From the NCBI GenBank assembly GCA_965237675.1, contig OZ250150.1, forward strand, positions 3,808,001 through 3,872,000: 64,000 nucleotides of DNA. The letters run 5' to 3'. The translations under genes and the position numbers were made by a program. Under the pieces are notes generated by a model that searched no databases, was not told the DNA's origin, and was given only the letters and a program-made list of their open reading frames with translations. Below are positions 40,478 to 51,486 of the stretch, piece after piece. The stretch is from Candidatus Latescibacterota bacterium. Its GTDB lineage: Bacteria > Latescibacterota > UBA2968 > GCA-2709665. The first letter of the stretch is position 1; each line of letters opens with the position of its first letter.

Positions 40478-40875
40478 GGTTGTTTCCCGCTTGTTGTTGG
40501 GGGAGTCCTGCGACGGGTTTGGACAAAGCAACGTTGCCCGCGGATTCCACCGTGAAGATTGTTCTTGCGTGGTCATTGCCTCGAATCCCGGCGGCTCAAG
40601 GGCATCTGCTCATACATGGAGCCGATCGAAATTCCGTGAAATACGCCTTAAAGATATGAATTCCTTCGCTGGGGTGTCGGATTTTTTGGGATCTTGGCAT
40701 TCAATGGGATAACCGGTTCCAGCCGTATGCCAGTCGTGAACGCAGCCGGCATGTCTCGTACGATAAGGTCTGCATTACCGGCTTATTTTCCCGAGGGGGC
40801 GACGAACTGTCGTAACTTTCCGTTTGCAGGTTCGAAGAAAGCGCGAACCGCGAATATTGCTAAAGGAGGCAGGCT

Positions 40876-41646
40876 TTGGAAAATATCAAATCGGGACGGG
40901 TCGCGGGTAAGGTGGCCATTGTAACCGGAGCATCATCCGGTATTGGCGAAGGTACGGCGATTCTACTCGCCTCGGAGGGCGCCCGTGTCACGGTGGTGGA
41001 TGTAGACGTGGAGGGCGGTCAGCGGACCGTGGACAGGATTGCAACAAGCGGCGGAGAGGCGGTTTTTGTCGAAGCCGATGTGAGCGAGGCCGGGCAGGTC
41101 CGGCGAATGGTGGCGCAAACGGAACAAGCCTTCGGCAGGCTGGATATTCTGCACAACAACGCGATCTGGTACGGCAACGCACCGGCCACCGAGTTGGAGG
41201 AATCCGTGTGGGACAGGACGTTAAACACGGGGCTGAAAGCGATCTACCTGGCTGCCAAGTACGCCATTCCGGTCATGTTGGAAACGGGTGGCGGGGCGAT
41301 TGTAAACACCGGTTCGGTGCACTCCCTTGTGGGTTTTGAGACCCATACGGCCTACGATGCGGCCAAAGCCGGTGTGCTGGGCATCACGCGGGTCCTGGCG
41401 CTGGATTACGGGCCGGAGGTCCGCGTGAATGCGGTGCTTCCAGGTGCGATTCTGACACCGCTTTGGGACCGGATGGAGGTCACTCGGGACGAACGACGTC
41501 GGCTTGCGGAGATGGTGCCGGCAAGACGGTTGGGCACCCCGGCGGACATCGCGTCCGCCGTCCTTTACCTGGCGTCGGACGAGGCGTCGTTTATAACCGG
41601 GACCTCGCTTGTCGTCGATGGGGGAATGTTGGCGCGTACGATGTAA
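40876..41646 (+). CDS. SDR oxidoreductase
   Basis: VTGASSGIG, HNNA, YDAAK, VNAVLPG, VDGG; GGAGG before TTG. Confidence 0.92.
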   Translation: MENIKSGRVAGKVAIVTGASSGIGEGTAILLASEGARVTVVDVDVEGGQRTVDRIATSGGEAVFVEADVSEAGQVRRMVAQTEQAFGRLDILHNNAIWYGNAPATELEESVWDRTLNTGLKAIYLAAKYAIPVMLETGGGAIVNTGSVHSLVGFETHTAYDAAKAGVLGITRVLALDYGPEVRVNAVLPGAILTPLWDRMEVTRDERRRLAEMVPARRLGTPADIASAVLYLASDEASFITGTSLVVDGGMLARTM

Positions 41647-41770
41647 GACAGCAGGCCAGATTGCGGGTGTCATTTCACGTTTCGGACCGCAGGACCCCGA
41701 ATTGGCGCACGGGAGGGCGAGCTGCAACTTGGATCCTGCGAACGCGCAAGTACGCATAGGCTGCTGCTCG

Positions 41771-43504
41771 TTACGTGTCGGTACGTCTGCGCGAATTCCT
41801 CAGCCGGGTGGTTGCCGGTCCGTCCACTTCAAACGCGTGCGTCTTGAATACGACGCCATAATCCGTTTCAGCCGTTTTCCTGCTATAATACCCGCGCCGG
41901 ACGTCTTCCAGAACCGCTTCTGCCGGTCGCATAACCGGAGCGCCGTATCCGCCACCGCCCGGGGTTTCAAGGCGGAGGGAGTCACCTGCAACCATGTAGA
42001 CGCCCTCATCTTTGGTGATGTGCGGAGGGCGGTACGCTTCGCCCTGGAGCAGAAAGGTGTGCTCGGCTGGTTTGCCCGGTTCGCCACCGAGCACACCGAA
42101 GGGCCGGAATCGTCCCCGGTCTCCAAGCAGCGAAGCGCTGGCTTCGCCCCGACGGAGCAGGAATTCGAGGACCACGCCGAATCCGCCCCGGCGGCAGCCC
42201 GGGCCGCCGGAGTCTTCCCGAATGGCATACGTGTTGAACAGAACCGGATAGCGGGATTCGAAGATTTCGAGAGCCTGGGTGCGGGCTACCGCGATCGTGG
42301 GATTGCCGTTGGTGAGCCCGTCTGTCAGGTAGTTGCCGCCGTAGCCCCCGCCAATAAAGGAGTAAAAGACAAAATATCCCCTTTCCGGATCGTCTCCGCC
42401 CACGGAGAGATTTGTGACGGTACCCATAGGACCGGCGTAACAGCGATCCGGTAAGGCCTGACTCATGGCGCCCAGTACAGCGTCGATAATGCGCTGGCAC
42501 ACTTCCGCCGCACAGCCGGAGACCGGACGCGGCGGGCGGGCGTGGAGGAAGGTAGAGGATGGAATATTGAAGGAAAAGGGTTTGAAACAACCCCTGTTAA
42601 TCGGGACATCCGGGAAAAAATGTTTGAAGGCGATATAGACGCCGGCCATTGTCGTGCTCAAAACGCTGTTGAGCGGTCCTCGACATGCCGGGCTGCTGTT
42701 TGAGAGGTCGATGTGAACGCTGTCGCCGGCAACGGTCATCTCAAGGTGGATGTGAAGCGGCTTCCAATCCACGCCGTCGCTGTCCATGTACTCGTCAAAG
42801 GCGTAACAGCCGTCGGGGATGGTTGAGATGTGCCTCCGCATCAGTCGCTCGGAACGGAGTTCCAGTTCGGTGACGACATCGAACACGGTCGCTTCGCCGT
42901 AGCGATTCAATAGCGTCGTCAGCCGATCTGCACCGAGGTTCAGCGACGCGACCTGAGCGATAATGTCCCCCTGGCGTTCGTCGGGTACCCGTACGTTGTG
43001 CAAAATGATGTCGATGACTTCCTGGTTGAGTTTGCCCCTGTCCATAAGCTTGATCGGTGGCAGACGCAGGCCTTCCTGAAATATCTCGGTGGCTTTGGTA
43101 GAGAACCCTCCCGGAACACGACCTCCTATGTCCGGCCAGTGCCCGCTGTTGGCCAGGTAGAACGCGAGCTTCTTCCGATAGAAAAAGGGTTTGATCATCT
43201 TGACATCCATCAGATGGGTCCCGCCAAGGTAGGGGTCATTGACAATATAAAGGTCGCCCTCGGCGGGTGCTTTGAAATGGGTGATAGCGGAACGCACCGT
43301 GTGCTGCATCACGCAGATGAAATTCGGCAGGCCGCGCGGTCCCTGCACGATGACGGCGCCGTCGTTCGCGGCATAGATGCCGCTGGCACGGTCGAAGCCG
43401 TCTGAAATCACCGGCGAGAAAGCCATGCGTTCCAGAGCGGCATCCATTTCATCCGCGATCTGTTCCAGACTGCCGCGAATAACGGCCAGAGTTATCGGAT
43501 CCAT
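41771..43504 (-). CDS. Hydantoinase B/oxoprolinase subunit
   Basis: FSPVI, NDPYLGGTHLMD, HWPDIGG, EIFQEGL, DSGGPG..RGG, TPGGGGYG. Confidence 0.93.
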   Translation of the reverse strand: MDPITLAVIRGSLEQIADEMDAALERMAFSPVISDGFDRASGIYAANDGAVIVQGPRGLPNFICVMQHTVRSAITHFKAPAEGDLYIVNDPYLGGTHLMDVKMIKPFFYRKKLAFYLANSGHWPDIGGRVPGGFSTKATEIFQEGLRLPPIKLMDRGKLNQEVIDIILHNVRVPDERQGDIIAQVASLNLGADRLTTLLNRYGEATVFDVVTELELRSERLMRRHISTIPDGCYAFDEYMDSDGVDWKPLHIHLEMTVAGDSVHIDLSNSSPACRGPLNSVLSTTMAGVYIAFKHFFPDVPINRGCFKPFSFNIPSSTFLHARPPRPVSGCAAEVCQRIIDAVLGAMSQALPDRCYAGPMGTVTNLSVGGDDPERGYFVFYSFIGGGYGGNYLTDGLTNGNPTIAVARTQALEIFESRYPVLFNTYAIREDSGGPGCRRGGFGVVLEFLLRRGEASASLLGDRGRFRPFGVLGGEPGKPAEHTFLLQGEAYRPPHITKDEGVYMVAGDSLRLETPGGGGYGAPVMRPAEAVLEDVRRGYYSRKTAETDYGVVFKTHAFEVDGPATTRLRNSRRRTDT

Positions 43505-43571
43505 TTCAATGATGGTTCCTGGTCAAAATTTCGACAATAATTCGAAGGGTGTCCGCGCGCCCGACGAGCAG

Positions 43572-45668
43572 TTAGGCGGGCGTGCGGCGTGTAACTTCCG
43601 GACGGGCCGATTCGATAAGAAAGCTGCCGCCGTCCAACACGCGGGCGCGGATGTGGGGATCCAGCCAGACGGTTGTGTCGGATTGTTCGATGACGGCCGG
43701 CCCGGCAAGCTCAGCATCCCAGGGAATTCTGGAACGTTCGTATGTCGGACACCGGACGAACCTGTCGTCGACCCAGACGTCCCGGCATCCCTTATAGGCC
43801 CGATCCAGCGTTGTCGCGGGCGGGGCCAGCAATGAACCCAGAGGACGGTGTTTTCTGATACCGATTATGGAGGTCCTCAGGTTGAGCAGTCGAACGGAAA
43901 TGCCGTCCAGCAGGGCCTCCAGGCGACCGAAACCGGCGTGCGCACGGCCGAAACGCTGAAGGTACGCGGCCCTGAAGTGCAACGCCATTTGTTCGGGACT
44001 CAGATCGCCGTCGGGCAACGCTGTACGGATAACGTGGGTCTGGCCTTCGTAGGCGATGTCAGCTTCACGGAGCAAATGGATACGGCTCAGGGCCAGATTT
44101 CCCTGTTTCAGGAAAGCTTCGCCCCGGGCCCGGTCATTGTCGAATATACGCCGGATTTCGGTGGGGTCCACGTCGTCGAGACGGCGGTTGACCATCGTCA
44201 CATAGTCGCGCTTCACGTCCGCGATGGCGCAGCCCCAGGCGGATGTGATGCCCGGGTGATAGGGAACGAGACCCTGTGGAATACCGAGTTCATCCATCAG
44301 AAAACCAACCAGCAGGGGTCCGCTGCCACCGAACGCGAAGAGGGCGAAGTCTCTGGGATCCCGTCCGCGGTCGATAGAGATGCGCCGCAGGCTGCCGGCA
44401 ATGCGGTTGTTGGTTATGGTAACGACGGCCTGGGCGGCTTCCTCGGCTGAGAGGCCAAAAGGCCCGCCGATGTGTTCTTCCAAAGCAGATCTGGCTTTCG
44501 TAATGTCAAAGTGAAAACCCTCCTGGCCGGCGATGGGGTATTCAGGGTTGATCCGCCCCATCACCAGGTTCGCATCGGTTACCGTCGGCTGTTGGCCTCC
44601 CTTGCCGTAACACGCCGGTCCGGGATCGGCTCCGGCGCTTTCCGGGCCGACCTGGAGGATGCCGCCCTCGTCAATGCGCGCGATGCTGCCTCCGCCCGCG
44701 CCCACGGTTTGAATATCGATCATGGAAAGCAGGATCGGAACGCCGAATTCAAGCTCGGTTCCGTGGGCCTGTGCGGGACTGCCGTCCGTGACCAGGGAGA
44801 CGTCCAGGCTGGTACCGCCCATATCGTAGGCAATGAGATTTCCGATTCCGCTCTCTGCGGCAATGGCTGTAGCGGCGATTACACCCGCGGCCGGTCCGGA
44901 AAGGACCGTCTGAATGGCGTATCTTCCTGCCTCACCGGCAGGCACCATGCCTCCGTTGGATTGCATAACGAGCAGGTTGGTACCAAAGCCCCTGTTTTTC
45001 AGGCTGCGTTGCAGGTTGTTCAAATAGCGGCTTACAACGGGTTGGACGTACGCTTGGACGACGGCTGTGCTGGTGCGTTCGAATTCCCGGATCAGAGGCA
45101 GGACATCAGCGGACGCAATCACATACATTTCCGGAAAGCGATCCTCAATAATCGTCTTCGCTCGGCGTTCGTGGACCGGGTTCGCGTAAGAATTCATAAA
45201 TGAGATCACGATGGACTCGACATTTCCGGCATCGAGCTGCTCGGCACAGGCGATCACCGCGTGTTCGTCGAGCGGGGCAATGACGTCGCCTTCTGCGGAG
45301 ATGCGTTCAGTAACCTCCAGGCGGCGGTTGCGCGGAATAAGGGGCTCAAAGGTTCCGGTAAGCCCATAGAGGTGCGGCCGGTCTCGTCGCCTGAGTTCCA
45401 GGATATCCCGGAAACCCTGCGTGGCGATCAGACCGCAGCGCCCTCCCTTGCGCTCGAGGACGGCGTTCGTCGCTACGGTCGTGCCGTGGATGACGAGTTC
45501 GATTCCGCTGTTCTCGGCCCCCAGGGCGACCAGGCCTTCAATCAACCCTCGTGACGGATCTCCCGGGGTCGTGGGGACTTTGCTGATGGACAGGGACGGC
45601 GCGGAATCATCCAGAATCAGGATGTCCGTGAAGGTGCCCCCTATGTCGACGCCAACAAGCCTGGACAT
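43572..45668 (-). CDS. Hydantoinase A/oxoprolinase ATP-binding subunit
   Basis: GVDIGGTFTD, HGTTVATN, EFERTST, SGPAAG, DMGGTS, GAGGGS, GPESAGADPGPACY. Confidence 0.94.
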   Translation of the reverse strand: MSRLVGVDIGGTFTDILILDDSAPSLSISKVPTTPGDPSRGLIEGLVALGAENSGIELVIHGTTVATNAVLERKGGRCGLIATQGFRDILELRRRDRPHLYGLTGTFEPLIPRNRRLEVTERISAEGDVIAPLDEHAVIACAEQLDAGNVESIVISFMNSYANPVHERRAKTIIEDRFPEMYVIASADVLPLIREFERTSTAVVQAYVQPVVSRYLNNLQRSLKNRGFGTNLLVMQSNGGMVPAGEAGRYAIQTVLSGPAAGVIAATAIAAESGIGNLIAYDMGGTSLDVSLVTDGSPAQAHGTELEFGVPILLSMIDIQTVGAGGGSIARIDEGGILQVGPESAGADPGPACYGKGGQQPTVTDANLVMGRINPEYPIAGQEGFHFDITKARSALEEHIGGPFGLSAEEAAQAVVTITNNRIAGSLRRISIDRGRDPRDFALFAFGGSGPLLVGFLMDELGIPQGLVPYHPGITSAWGCAIADVKRDYVTMVNRRLDDVDPTEIRRIFDNDRARGEAFLKQGNLALSRIHLLREADIAYEGQTHVIRTALPDGDLSPEQMALHFRAAYLQRFGRAHAGFGRLEALLDGISVRLLNLRTSIIGIRKHRPLGSLLAPPATTLDRAYKGCRDVWVDDRFVRCPTYERSRIPWDAELAGPAVIEQSDTTVWLDPHIRARVLDGGSFLIESARPEVTRRTPA

Positions 45669-45920
45669 GGCAATACCTGCGAGGGGGTGTCGGGGGATGT
45701 GTTTAGGACGACAGGCAGAACTTAGACGTTCTACAGGCGCGCGTCAACTCAAAAAACAGATTTCCATGGGGGTTCCGGCTTCCGGTGGTGCCCAAAACCC
45801 GATGCGTGCCGAAGGGCGCGGCTGCGTCTTTTCAATTTGACGGGGCCGGGTACTTCCCTTAGATTTGAATGGTTTTGTCCAGGAATCAACGTGTTCCTTT
45901 GCACGTCGAGAGGAAACCAA

Positions 45921-46676
45921 ATGCCAAGAGGCCGTTGCCATTTTGCATTGCTGGCAGCCCTGCACGAACGATTTCGCACGGATCGTCCCGAAGCAGCCGT
46001 ACTCGCGGATGATTATACGCCGGAGTTGCTGGCTGGGGTGTGCGCGCCCGACGGACTGCGTTTTGTGGGCAAGAGGGGCAAATTCGCCACCCACTTTTAT
46101 ACGGACGATCGCCGGGAGACGTGGGGGCGGTCGGTTGCGGGACTCTTTGGCACCCATCCCGACCTTGCCGATCCACGGCGCCTATCCAGTGCGGATGTGG
46201 CGGTGGTGCTCGGGTACATTTCCCATTTGACCACAGACGAAGCATTTCGAGATGAAGTGACCGTACACGTTCACGGCGTTAAAGATTGGCGCCCGATCAT
46301 TATGGGCTTGTGGTCGATGGTGGACGGGTTCTCCATCGGCAATGTCAACTACATGACCGAGGTTCACCGATTCGGACGCGAGGACTGTGTTGGCTTTATC
46401 GATTGCAGGGTTGTGGGCCAATACCTGGACCTGGTCAAGCCCTGGGCGCTCGAGGACGACCCCTGGGAATTGGAACGCATATTTCTCAGATTGAGACGTT
46501 GCGAAATGCCGGAAGACGAAGCGCGGCGGACCTGGGAAAAGAACGTGGAGATCGCGGCGCCATTCCTCGATGACAATCGGCGGATGCGGTTTTACAGGGC
46601 GGCCGTGGACGCGGGGATGGCGGAGGCCGTTCGATATCTGAACGGGAATTACACATTACAGGAAAGGGGTAACTGA
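45921..46676 (+). CDS. Zinc-dependent phospholipase C-like protein
   Basis: MP....H N-terminus, G..APD, THF, GYISHLTTD; GAGG RBS before ATG 45921. Confidence 0.6.
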   Translation: MPRGRCHFALLAALHERFRTDRPEAAVLADDYTPELLAGVCAPDGLRFVGKRGKFATHFYTDDRRETWGRSVAGLFGTHPDLADPRRLSSADVAVVLGYISHLTTDEAFRDEVTVHVHGVKDWRPIIMGLWSMVDGFSIGNVNYMTEVHRFGREDCVGFIDCRVVGQYLDLVKPWALEDDPWELERIFLRLRRCEMPEDEARRTWEKNVEIAAPFLDDNRRMRFYRAAVDAGMAEAVRYLNGNYTLQERGN

Positions 46677-47689
46677 TGTCAACGTACCGCGTCGGTGTGA
46701 TCGGATGTGGAGGAATTGGCGTTGCGCATGCATCGGGCCTGGTCGGACTACGGAATGCGACCCTGACGGCCGCATGCGACTTGGCGGAGTCGGAGCTTGC
46801 GAGTTTCAGAGAACACTGGCAGTCCGAATGGCCCGGGCTCAATCTTTATACGGATCACAGGGAAATGCTGGCGAGTGAGGGTCTCGATATTGTCACCGTG
46901 GCGACATCCGACCACCGGCATGCCGATCTGGTGGTGAATGCGGCCAATGCGGGCGTAAGGGGGATTTTCTGCGAAAAACCCCTGGCAACCAACCTGGCGG
47001 ACGCCGACCGGATGGTGTATGCTGCTGAACGAAACGGCGTGATTCTTTCCGTTGATCACACGAGACGATTCCAGCCGCTGTGGTGCCATATCAAGGAGCA
47101 GATTGTGGATGGCGGAGAGATCGGGGCGGTGCAATACGTCGTGGGGACGCTGAATGGCCCGCGTGCCATGTTGTTCAGAAACGGCACCCACCTCGTGGAT
47201 TCGATCTGTTATTTTGCAGATTCCGATCCGGATTGGGTGTTCGCAGAATTGGAAGCTGGATATGAAGATTACTCGGAGTACAGAGGCGATGGCGGTCACG
47301 ACCCGGCAACCGAGCCGTCGGCCAGCGGCTATATCCATTTCGCCAACGGCGTGCGCGGATTCTTCGTGGGGGGTTCGAAATTCTCCGCAGATCCGAAGTT
47401 CAGGTGTGAAATTGTGGGAACAACCGGATACGTAGAGGTCAGCAGAGACGATGCGGTGCTCATTCGCGGCGGTGAAAGAGAGATGATCCAGGCACCCGAG
47501 TCGCCAGTACGCGGCATTCCTGCCGGAGTACGGGAATTGGTGACCCTGATCGATGAAGGCGGCGTACCGGTCTCGCCGGCAAGAGATGCGCACCGGGTTG
47601 TCGAGATAATGGTCGGATTTCTGGAGTCGCAGCGGCTGGGAAATGTGCGGGTGGATTTGCCGATTCCTCGCGATGGAAGGGGAACGTAA
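46676..47689 (+). CDS. Gfo/Idh/MocA oxidoreductase
   Basis: VGVIGCGGIG, CEKPL, NGTHLVD; start overlaps the upstream stop. Confidence 0.92.
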   Translation: MSTYRVGVIGCGGIGVAHASGLVGLRNATLTAACDLAESELASFREHWQSEWPGLNLYTDHREMLASEGLDIVTVATSDHRHADLVVNAANAGVRGIFCEKPLATNLADADRMVYAAERNGVILSVDHTRRFQPLWCHIKEQIVDGGEIGAVQYVVGTLNGPRAMLFRNGTHLVDSICYFADSDPDWVFAELEAGYEDYSEYRGDGGHDPATEPSASGYIHFANGVRGFFVGGSKFSADPKFRCEIVGTTGYVEVSRDDAVLIRGGEREMIQAPESPVRGIPAGVRELVTLIDEGGVPVSPARDAHRVVEIMVGFLESQRLGNVRVDLPIPRDGRGT

Positions 47690-47954
47690 CCAACAGAACG
47701 CGCAATAATACGTGGATAGCGCTTGCCCGGGTTCGCAAAAGGAACTATTTTATGCAGTCTTGATCGAAATCGAACTCACAGAACCCGATGCGTTCGTCAG
47801 CGAGGACAATCAAGTGTCCTGTCTCAGAAATTGTGTAGGCCGTCTCTCTGAGATGGTCCGGTCCAGGTCCATCCGGACAGAATCGAAGCGCCTCTGAGTT
47901 CGATTTCGGGTTGTCGTCCGGAACAAAGCATCATTCCGAGAGGAGCGTCCGGTT

Positions 47955-48344
47955 ATGTTGAACTTTGAGCACACGGCATTTCTGGTTGACGATACGAGGG
48001 CCGTCGCCGATTGGTGGTGTAAACATCTGGGTATGGAAGTGGTCCGGTACGGCGGGCCGCCTTCGCACATGACCTTCCTGAGGGACGCCTCCGGAAAGAC
48101 CATGTTTGAGATTTATGAGAAAGATACGCTGAAGACACCCGACTATGCATCGATGCATGTCTCAATTCTCCACTTCGCATTTTACACCGACGACATCGCG
48201 GGGGAACGGGACCGGCTGCTTGCCGCGGGCGCCACGCTCGTGGACGACGTCTATGCAACGGATACCGGCGACCAGCTCGCCATGTTGCGGGACCCATGGG
48301 GTGTGGCCATTCAGGTTCTGAAGCGGAAGATTCCGATGGTGTGA
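47955..48344 (+). CDS. VOC/glyoxalase family protein
   Basis: EHTAFLV..WW..HLG, HFAF, LRDPWGVAIQ. Confidence 0.88.
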   Translation: MLNFEHTAFLVDDTRAVADWWCKHLGMEVVRYGGPPSHMTFLRDASGKTMFEIYEKDTLKTPDYASMHVSILHFAFYTDDIAGERDRLLAAGATLVDDVYATDTGDQLAMLRDPWGVAIQVLKRKIPMV

Positions 48345-48401
48345 AGTTTAACCGGTTGTGAGTGACGGGTGTCGTCGCGCTCGCAATGGTTCGGAGGGAT
48401 G

Positions 48402-49457
48402 ATGCCGGTCATCGAGGTTGAAACTTTGAAGCAGGTTTGTGGGCGGGTGATGGAAGGGGCGGGTTTATCCGAAACGGAGGCACGGCGGATCGCCCATTCG
48501 CTCGTTCTCGCGAATCTGATGGGCCACGATTCGCACGGCGTGATAAGGCTTCCGCAGTACGTGCAGGCACTGGAGGACGGCATTGTAAAGGCAGGACGTG
48601 TCATTCGTGTCACCCGCGAAGCGGATGCATCGGCGGTGGTCGACGGGCAGTGGGGCTTCGGGCAGACGGTTTGCGCGCAAGCCATGGAACTGGCGATGCG
48701 AAAGGCACGCGAGAGATCCGTCGCGGCAGTGGAGTTGTTCAATAGCAGCCATATCGGACGCCTCGGAGAATACGTGGAACAGGCCGCCGTGAGCGGCATG
48801 ATCGGCGTCGTCATGTGCAACAACCACGGTGGCGGACGGCTGCTTTCCCCGTTCGGCGGGATCGACGCCCGGATGTCTCCCAATCCCGTAGCCGTTGGCG
48901 TGCCGACGGGTGGCGCGTTTCCGATTGTCGTGGATATGACAACCAGCGTGGTTGCGGAAGGCAAGATCCGCGTGAAGCGTAACCGTGGCGAACCCCTGCC
49001 GCAGGGTTGGGCGATTGACGCGGAAGGCAGACCCGCGGAACAACCCGAAGATTTCTACGGTCCGCCGCGTGGGGCAATTCTGCCATTCGGGGGGAATTCA
49101 GCGCATAAAGGATACGCTCTGGCGGTCGTCATCGACATTCTCTCCGGCGCTCTGGGCGGCGGCGGATGCAGTCGGGACGGCGCGCCTTCCGGCGGAAACG
49201 GGGTTTTTCTGATGGCGATCCGGATAGAGTCGTTTACGTCGCCGGACCGGTTCCGCGACGAAGTGGATGGCTTCGTCGACTATTTGAAGAGTTCAAGGCT
49301 GTTGCCCGGGTTCGACCGGATCCTGCTGCCCGGTGAAATCGAGTACCGCCAGCGCCGAAAAGCCGAAATTGAGGGCGTATTTGTGGATGACGAAACCTGG
49401 CGGCAGATCGGCGAGACGGGTGAAAAAGTGGGCGCGGCCGTTTCTGTTAGCCCTTGA
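48402..49457 (+). CDS. Ldh2 (malate/L-lactate/ureidoglycolate/sulfolactate DH) family oxidoreductase
   Basis: GHDSHG, SHIGRLG, NPVA, DMTTS, PFGG...HKGYAL, LPGE. Confidence 0.92.
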   Translation: MPVIEVETLKQVCGRVMEGAGLSETEARRIAHSLVLANLMGHDSHGVIRLPQYVQALEDGIVKAGRVIRVTREADASAVVDGQWGFGQTVCAQAMELAMRKARERSVAAVELFNSSHIGRLGEYVEQAAVSGMIGVVMCNNHGGGRLLSPFGGIDARMSPNPVAVGVPTGGAFPIVVDMTTSVVAEGKIRVKRNRGEPLPQGWAIDAEGRPAEQPEDFYGPPRGAILPFGGNSAHKGYALAVVIDILSGALGGGGCSRDGAPSGGNGVFLMAIRIESFTSPDRFRDEVDGFVDYLKSSRLLPGFDRILLPGEIEYRQRRKAEIEGVFVDDETWRQIGETGEKVGAAVSVSP

Positions 49458-49628
49458 GGTAGCAGTCCGTTGATAAAGCTGCTCTGCAGGCGAGCGATTC
49501 AAATGATGTACGAGCGGCGTCCGGGTGGTACACGACAAGCCCACGTCGACCAGAGTCTGCGGTGCAATGATAGCGTCCGTTGGACGAAAATCAGCCGATG
49601 ATTTGAAACTGCAAACGGGAGGTCACCA

Positions 49629-50399
49629 ATGGCGACCATAAAGATCACGCTGCTTGGACACGCGTCTTTCCGCCTGGAGCCAGATACGGGCGAGGTGGTT
49701 TATTTCGACCCGTGGTTGGATAACAACCCCACCACCCAATTGCGTGTGTCAGACGTAGAGCACGCCGACGTGGTGATTGCGACGCACGGACACGACGATC
49801 ACATCGGTGACTCGTTTGCGATCTGCAAACGGACGGGAGCCACGTTCGCTGGCAACTACGAACTCTGCCTGACCGCCGAGAAGAACGGTCTTGCGCTGGG
49901 CGAACAGGCACGACCGATGAATCCGGGCGGCACCATCGAGGTGAACGGCGTGCGCATTACCGCGACCCAGGCTTTCCATTCGCTGTCCATGTCGCCAAAC
50001 CAGGCGCTGGGCGATGCGCCGGAGGATGAGTACTTCCGGCCTGACGGCGGCGTATGCGGGATCGTGATGCAGTTTTCGAATGGGATTTCGGTTTACGATA
50101 CGGCGGATACGGCGCTGTTCAGCGACATGCAGCTGATCAGCCAGATGTACGGCCCGCAGGTCGCCATTGTTCCCGTTGGCGGACTGTATACGATGGGGAT
50201 CCGGGAGGCCGCCCGGGCGGCCAGTCTGATCCGTCCGGACATCGTCATTCCGTGTCACTACGGTGAGGCGGTGGGCCAGCCAGCAAATATCGATACCTTC
50301 TCGGAAATGGTCGGTTTTCTATCGCCCAATACGAAGGTAATCAAGCTCGAACCCGGGCAGTCAGTAACGTATACGTCCGCCAGTTATCAGGTGACGTAG
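49629..50399 (+). CDS. Metallo-beta-lactamase-fold hydrolase (UPF0173-like)
   Basis: LGHASF, FDPW, THGHDDH, DTALFSDM, TMG..EA, IPCHY. Confidence 0.88.
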   Translation: MATIKITLLGHASFRLEPDTGEVVYFDPWLDNNPTTQLRVSDVEHADVVIATHGHDDHIGDSFAICKRTGATFAGNYELCLTAEKNGLALGEQARPMNPGGTIEVNGVRITATQAFHSLSMSPNQALGDAPEDEYFRPDGGVCGIVMQFSNGISVYDTADTALFSDMQLISQMYGPQVAIVPVGGLYTMGIREAARAASLIRPDIVIPCHYGEAVGQPANIDTFSEMVGFLSPNTKVIKLEPGQSVTYTSASYQVT

Positions 50400-50571
50400 A
50401 TTCGCGGACAAGTCGGCTGTACAACCTCGAAACGAGGAGCGAAGGATACGGGCCTCACTTGTTGTAAAATCATGTGTTTGGCCTTCACAAGGGCCTCATC
50501 CCGAGGCCCGATGACTTCAGAACCGACGAAATCGGAGGCATCATAAAAGCCAGTGAAACACGGAGGTTGCC

Positions 50572-51387
50572 GTGGCGCAGGATCTGACCAACGCCATTGT
50601 GTCTCAGAAAATCGAAGTGACTCCCGAGTTGATCATTTTGCAGGTCAAGGCGGAAGGATGGGATATACCGGCGTTCGTGCCGGGGCAATTTGCGGTTCTG
50701 GGCCTTCCCGGCGTGGCCCCCCGGAGCGAACGGTCCGAACCTGAAGAGGGCAGCCCGGATCCGAATCGCCTGATCCGCCGGGCGTATTCGATTGCGTCCT
50801 CATCCAAGGCGCGGGAGCATATGGAGTTCTACATCAATGTGGTACGATCGGGCGCGCTGACACCCAGGTTGTTCGCACTTGAACGAGGCGACCGTGTCTG
50901 GCTGGGGCCCAAGGTGTCCGGCATGTTCACGCTGGATCAGGCGCCGCAGACGACCGACGTGGTGCTCGTCGCCACCGGCACGGGGCTCGCGCCGTACATG
51001 AGCATGTTGCGCACCCATCTGCCTCATGACAACGGGCGGCTTTTTGCAATTTTGCACGGCGTCCGGCATTCGTGGGACCTGGGTTATCGGTCGGAACTGA
51101 CTATTATGCAGCAGCTTTCCCGCAATCTGACCTATTTGTCGTTAATCAGCCGCCCCGCCAACGAACCCTTGCCCTGGAGCGGTCTAACCGGATATGTTCA
51201 GGATCTCTGGTCAGGTGGTTATCTGGACAAAGCCTGGGGGAAAGACCCGAAGCCGGAAGATACACAGATTTTCCTGTGCGGAAACCCGCAGATGTGCGAG
51301 GACATGCTCGCCCTTCTCGAAGCCGAAGGATTCAGGGAGCATACTCGAAAAACGGAAGGTCAGGTGCATATCGAGCGGTACTGGTAA
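50572..51387 (+). CDS. fpr: Ferredoxin/flavodoxin--NADP+ reductase
   Basis: FVPGQF, RRAYSIAS, GALTPRL, ATGTGLAPY, LCGNPQM, C-terminal ERYW. Confidence 0.88.
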   Translation: MAQDLTNAIVSQKIEVTPELIILQVKAEGWDIPAFVPGQFAVLGLPGVAPRSERSEPEEGSPDPNRLIRRAYSIASSSKAREHMEFYINVVRSGALTPRLFALERGDRVWLGPKVSGMFTLDQAPQTTDVVLVATGTGLAPYMSMLRTHLPHDNGRLFAILHGVRHSWDLGYRSELTIMQQLSRNLTYLSLISRPANEPLPWSGLTGYVQDLWSGGYLDKAWGKDPKPEDTQIFLCGNPQMCEDMLALLEAEGFREHTRKTEGQVHIERYW

Positions 51388-51486
51388 AGGAAGGCAAGCG
51401 ACAAACAAGGCGGGGCGGGCGGGTCGCCCGCATAACGGCTTCGGAGAGGAACGTCGATTCGCTTAGCGGTCCCGGTCGAGGGCGTA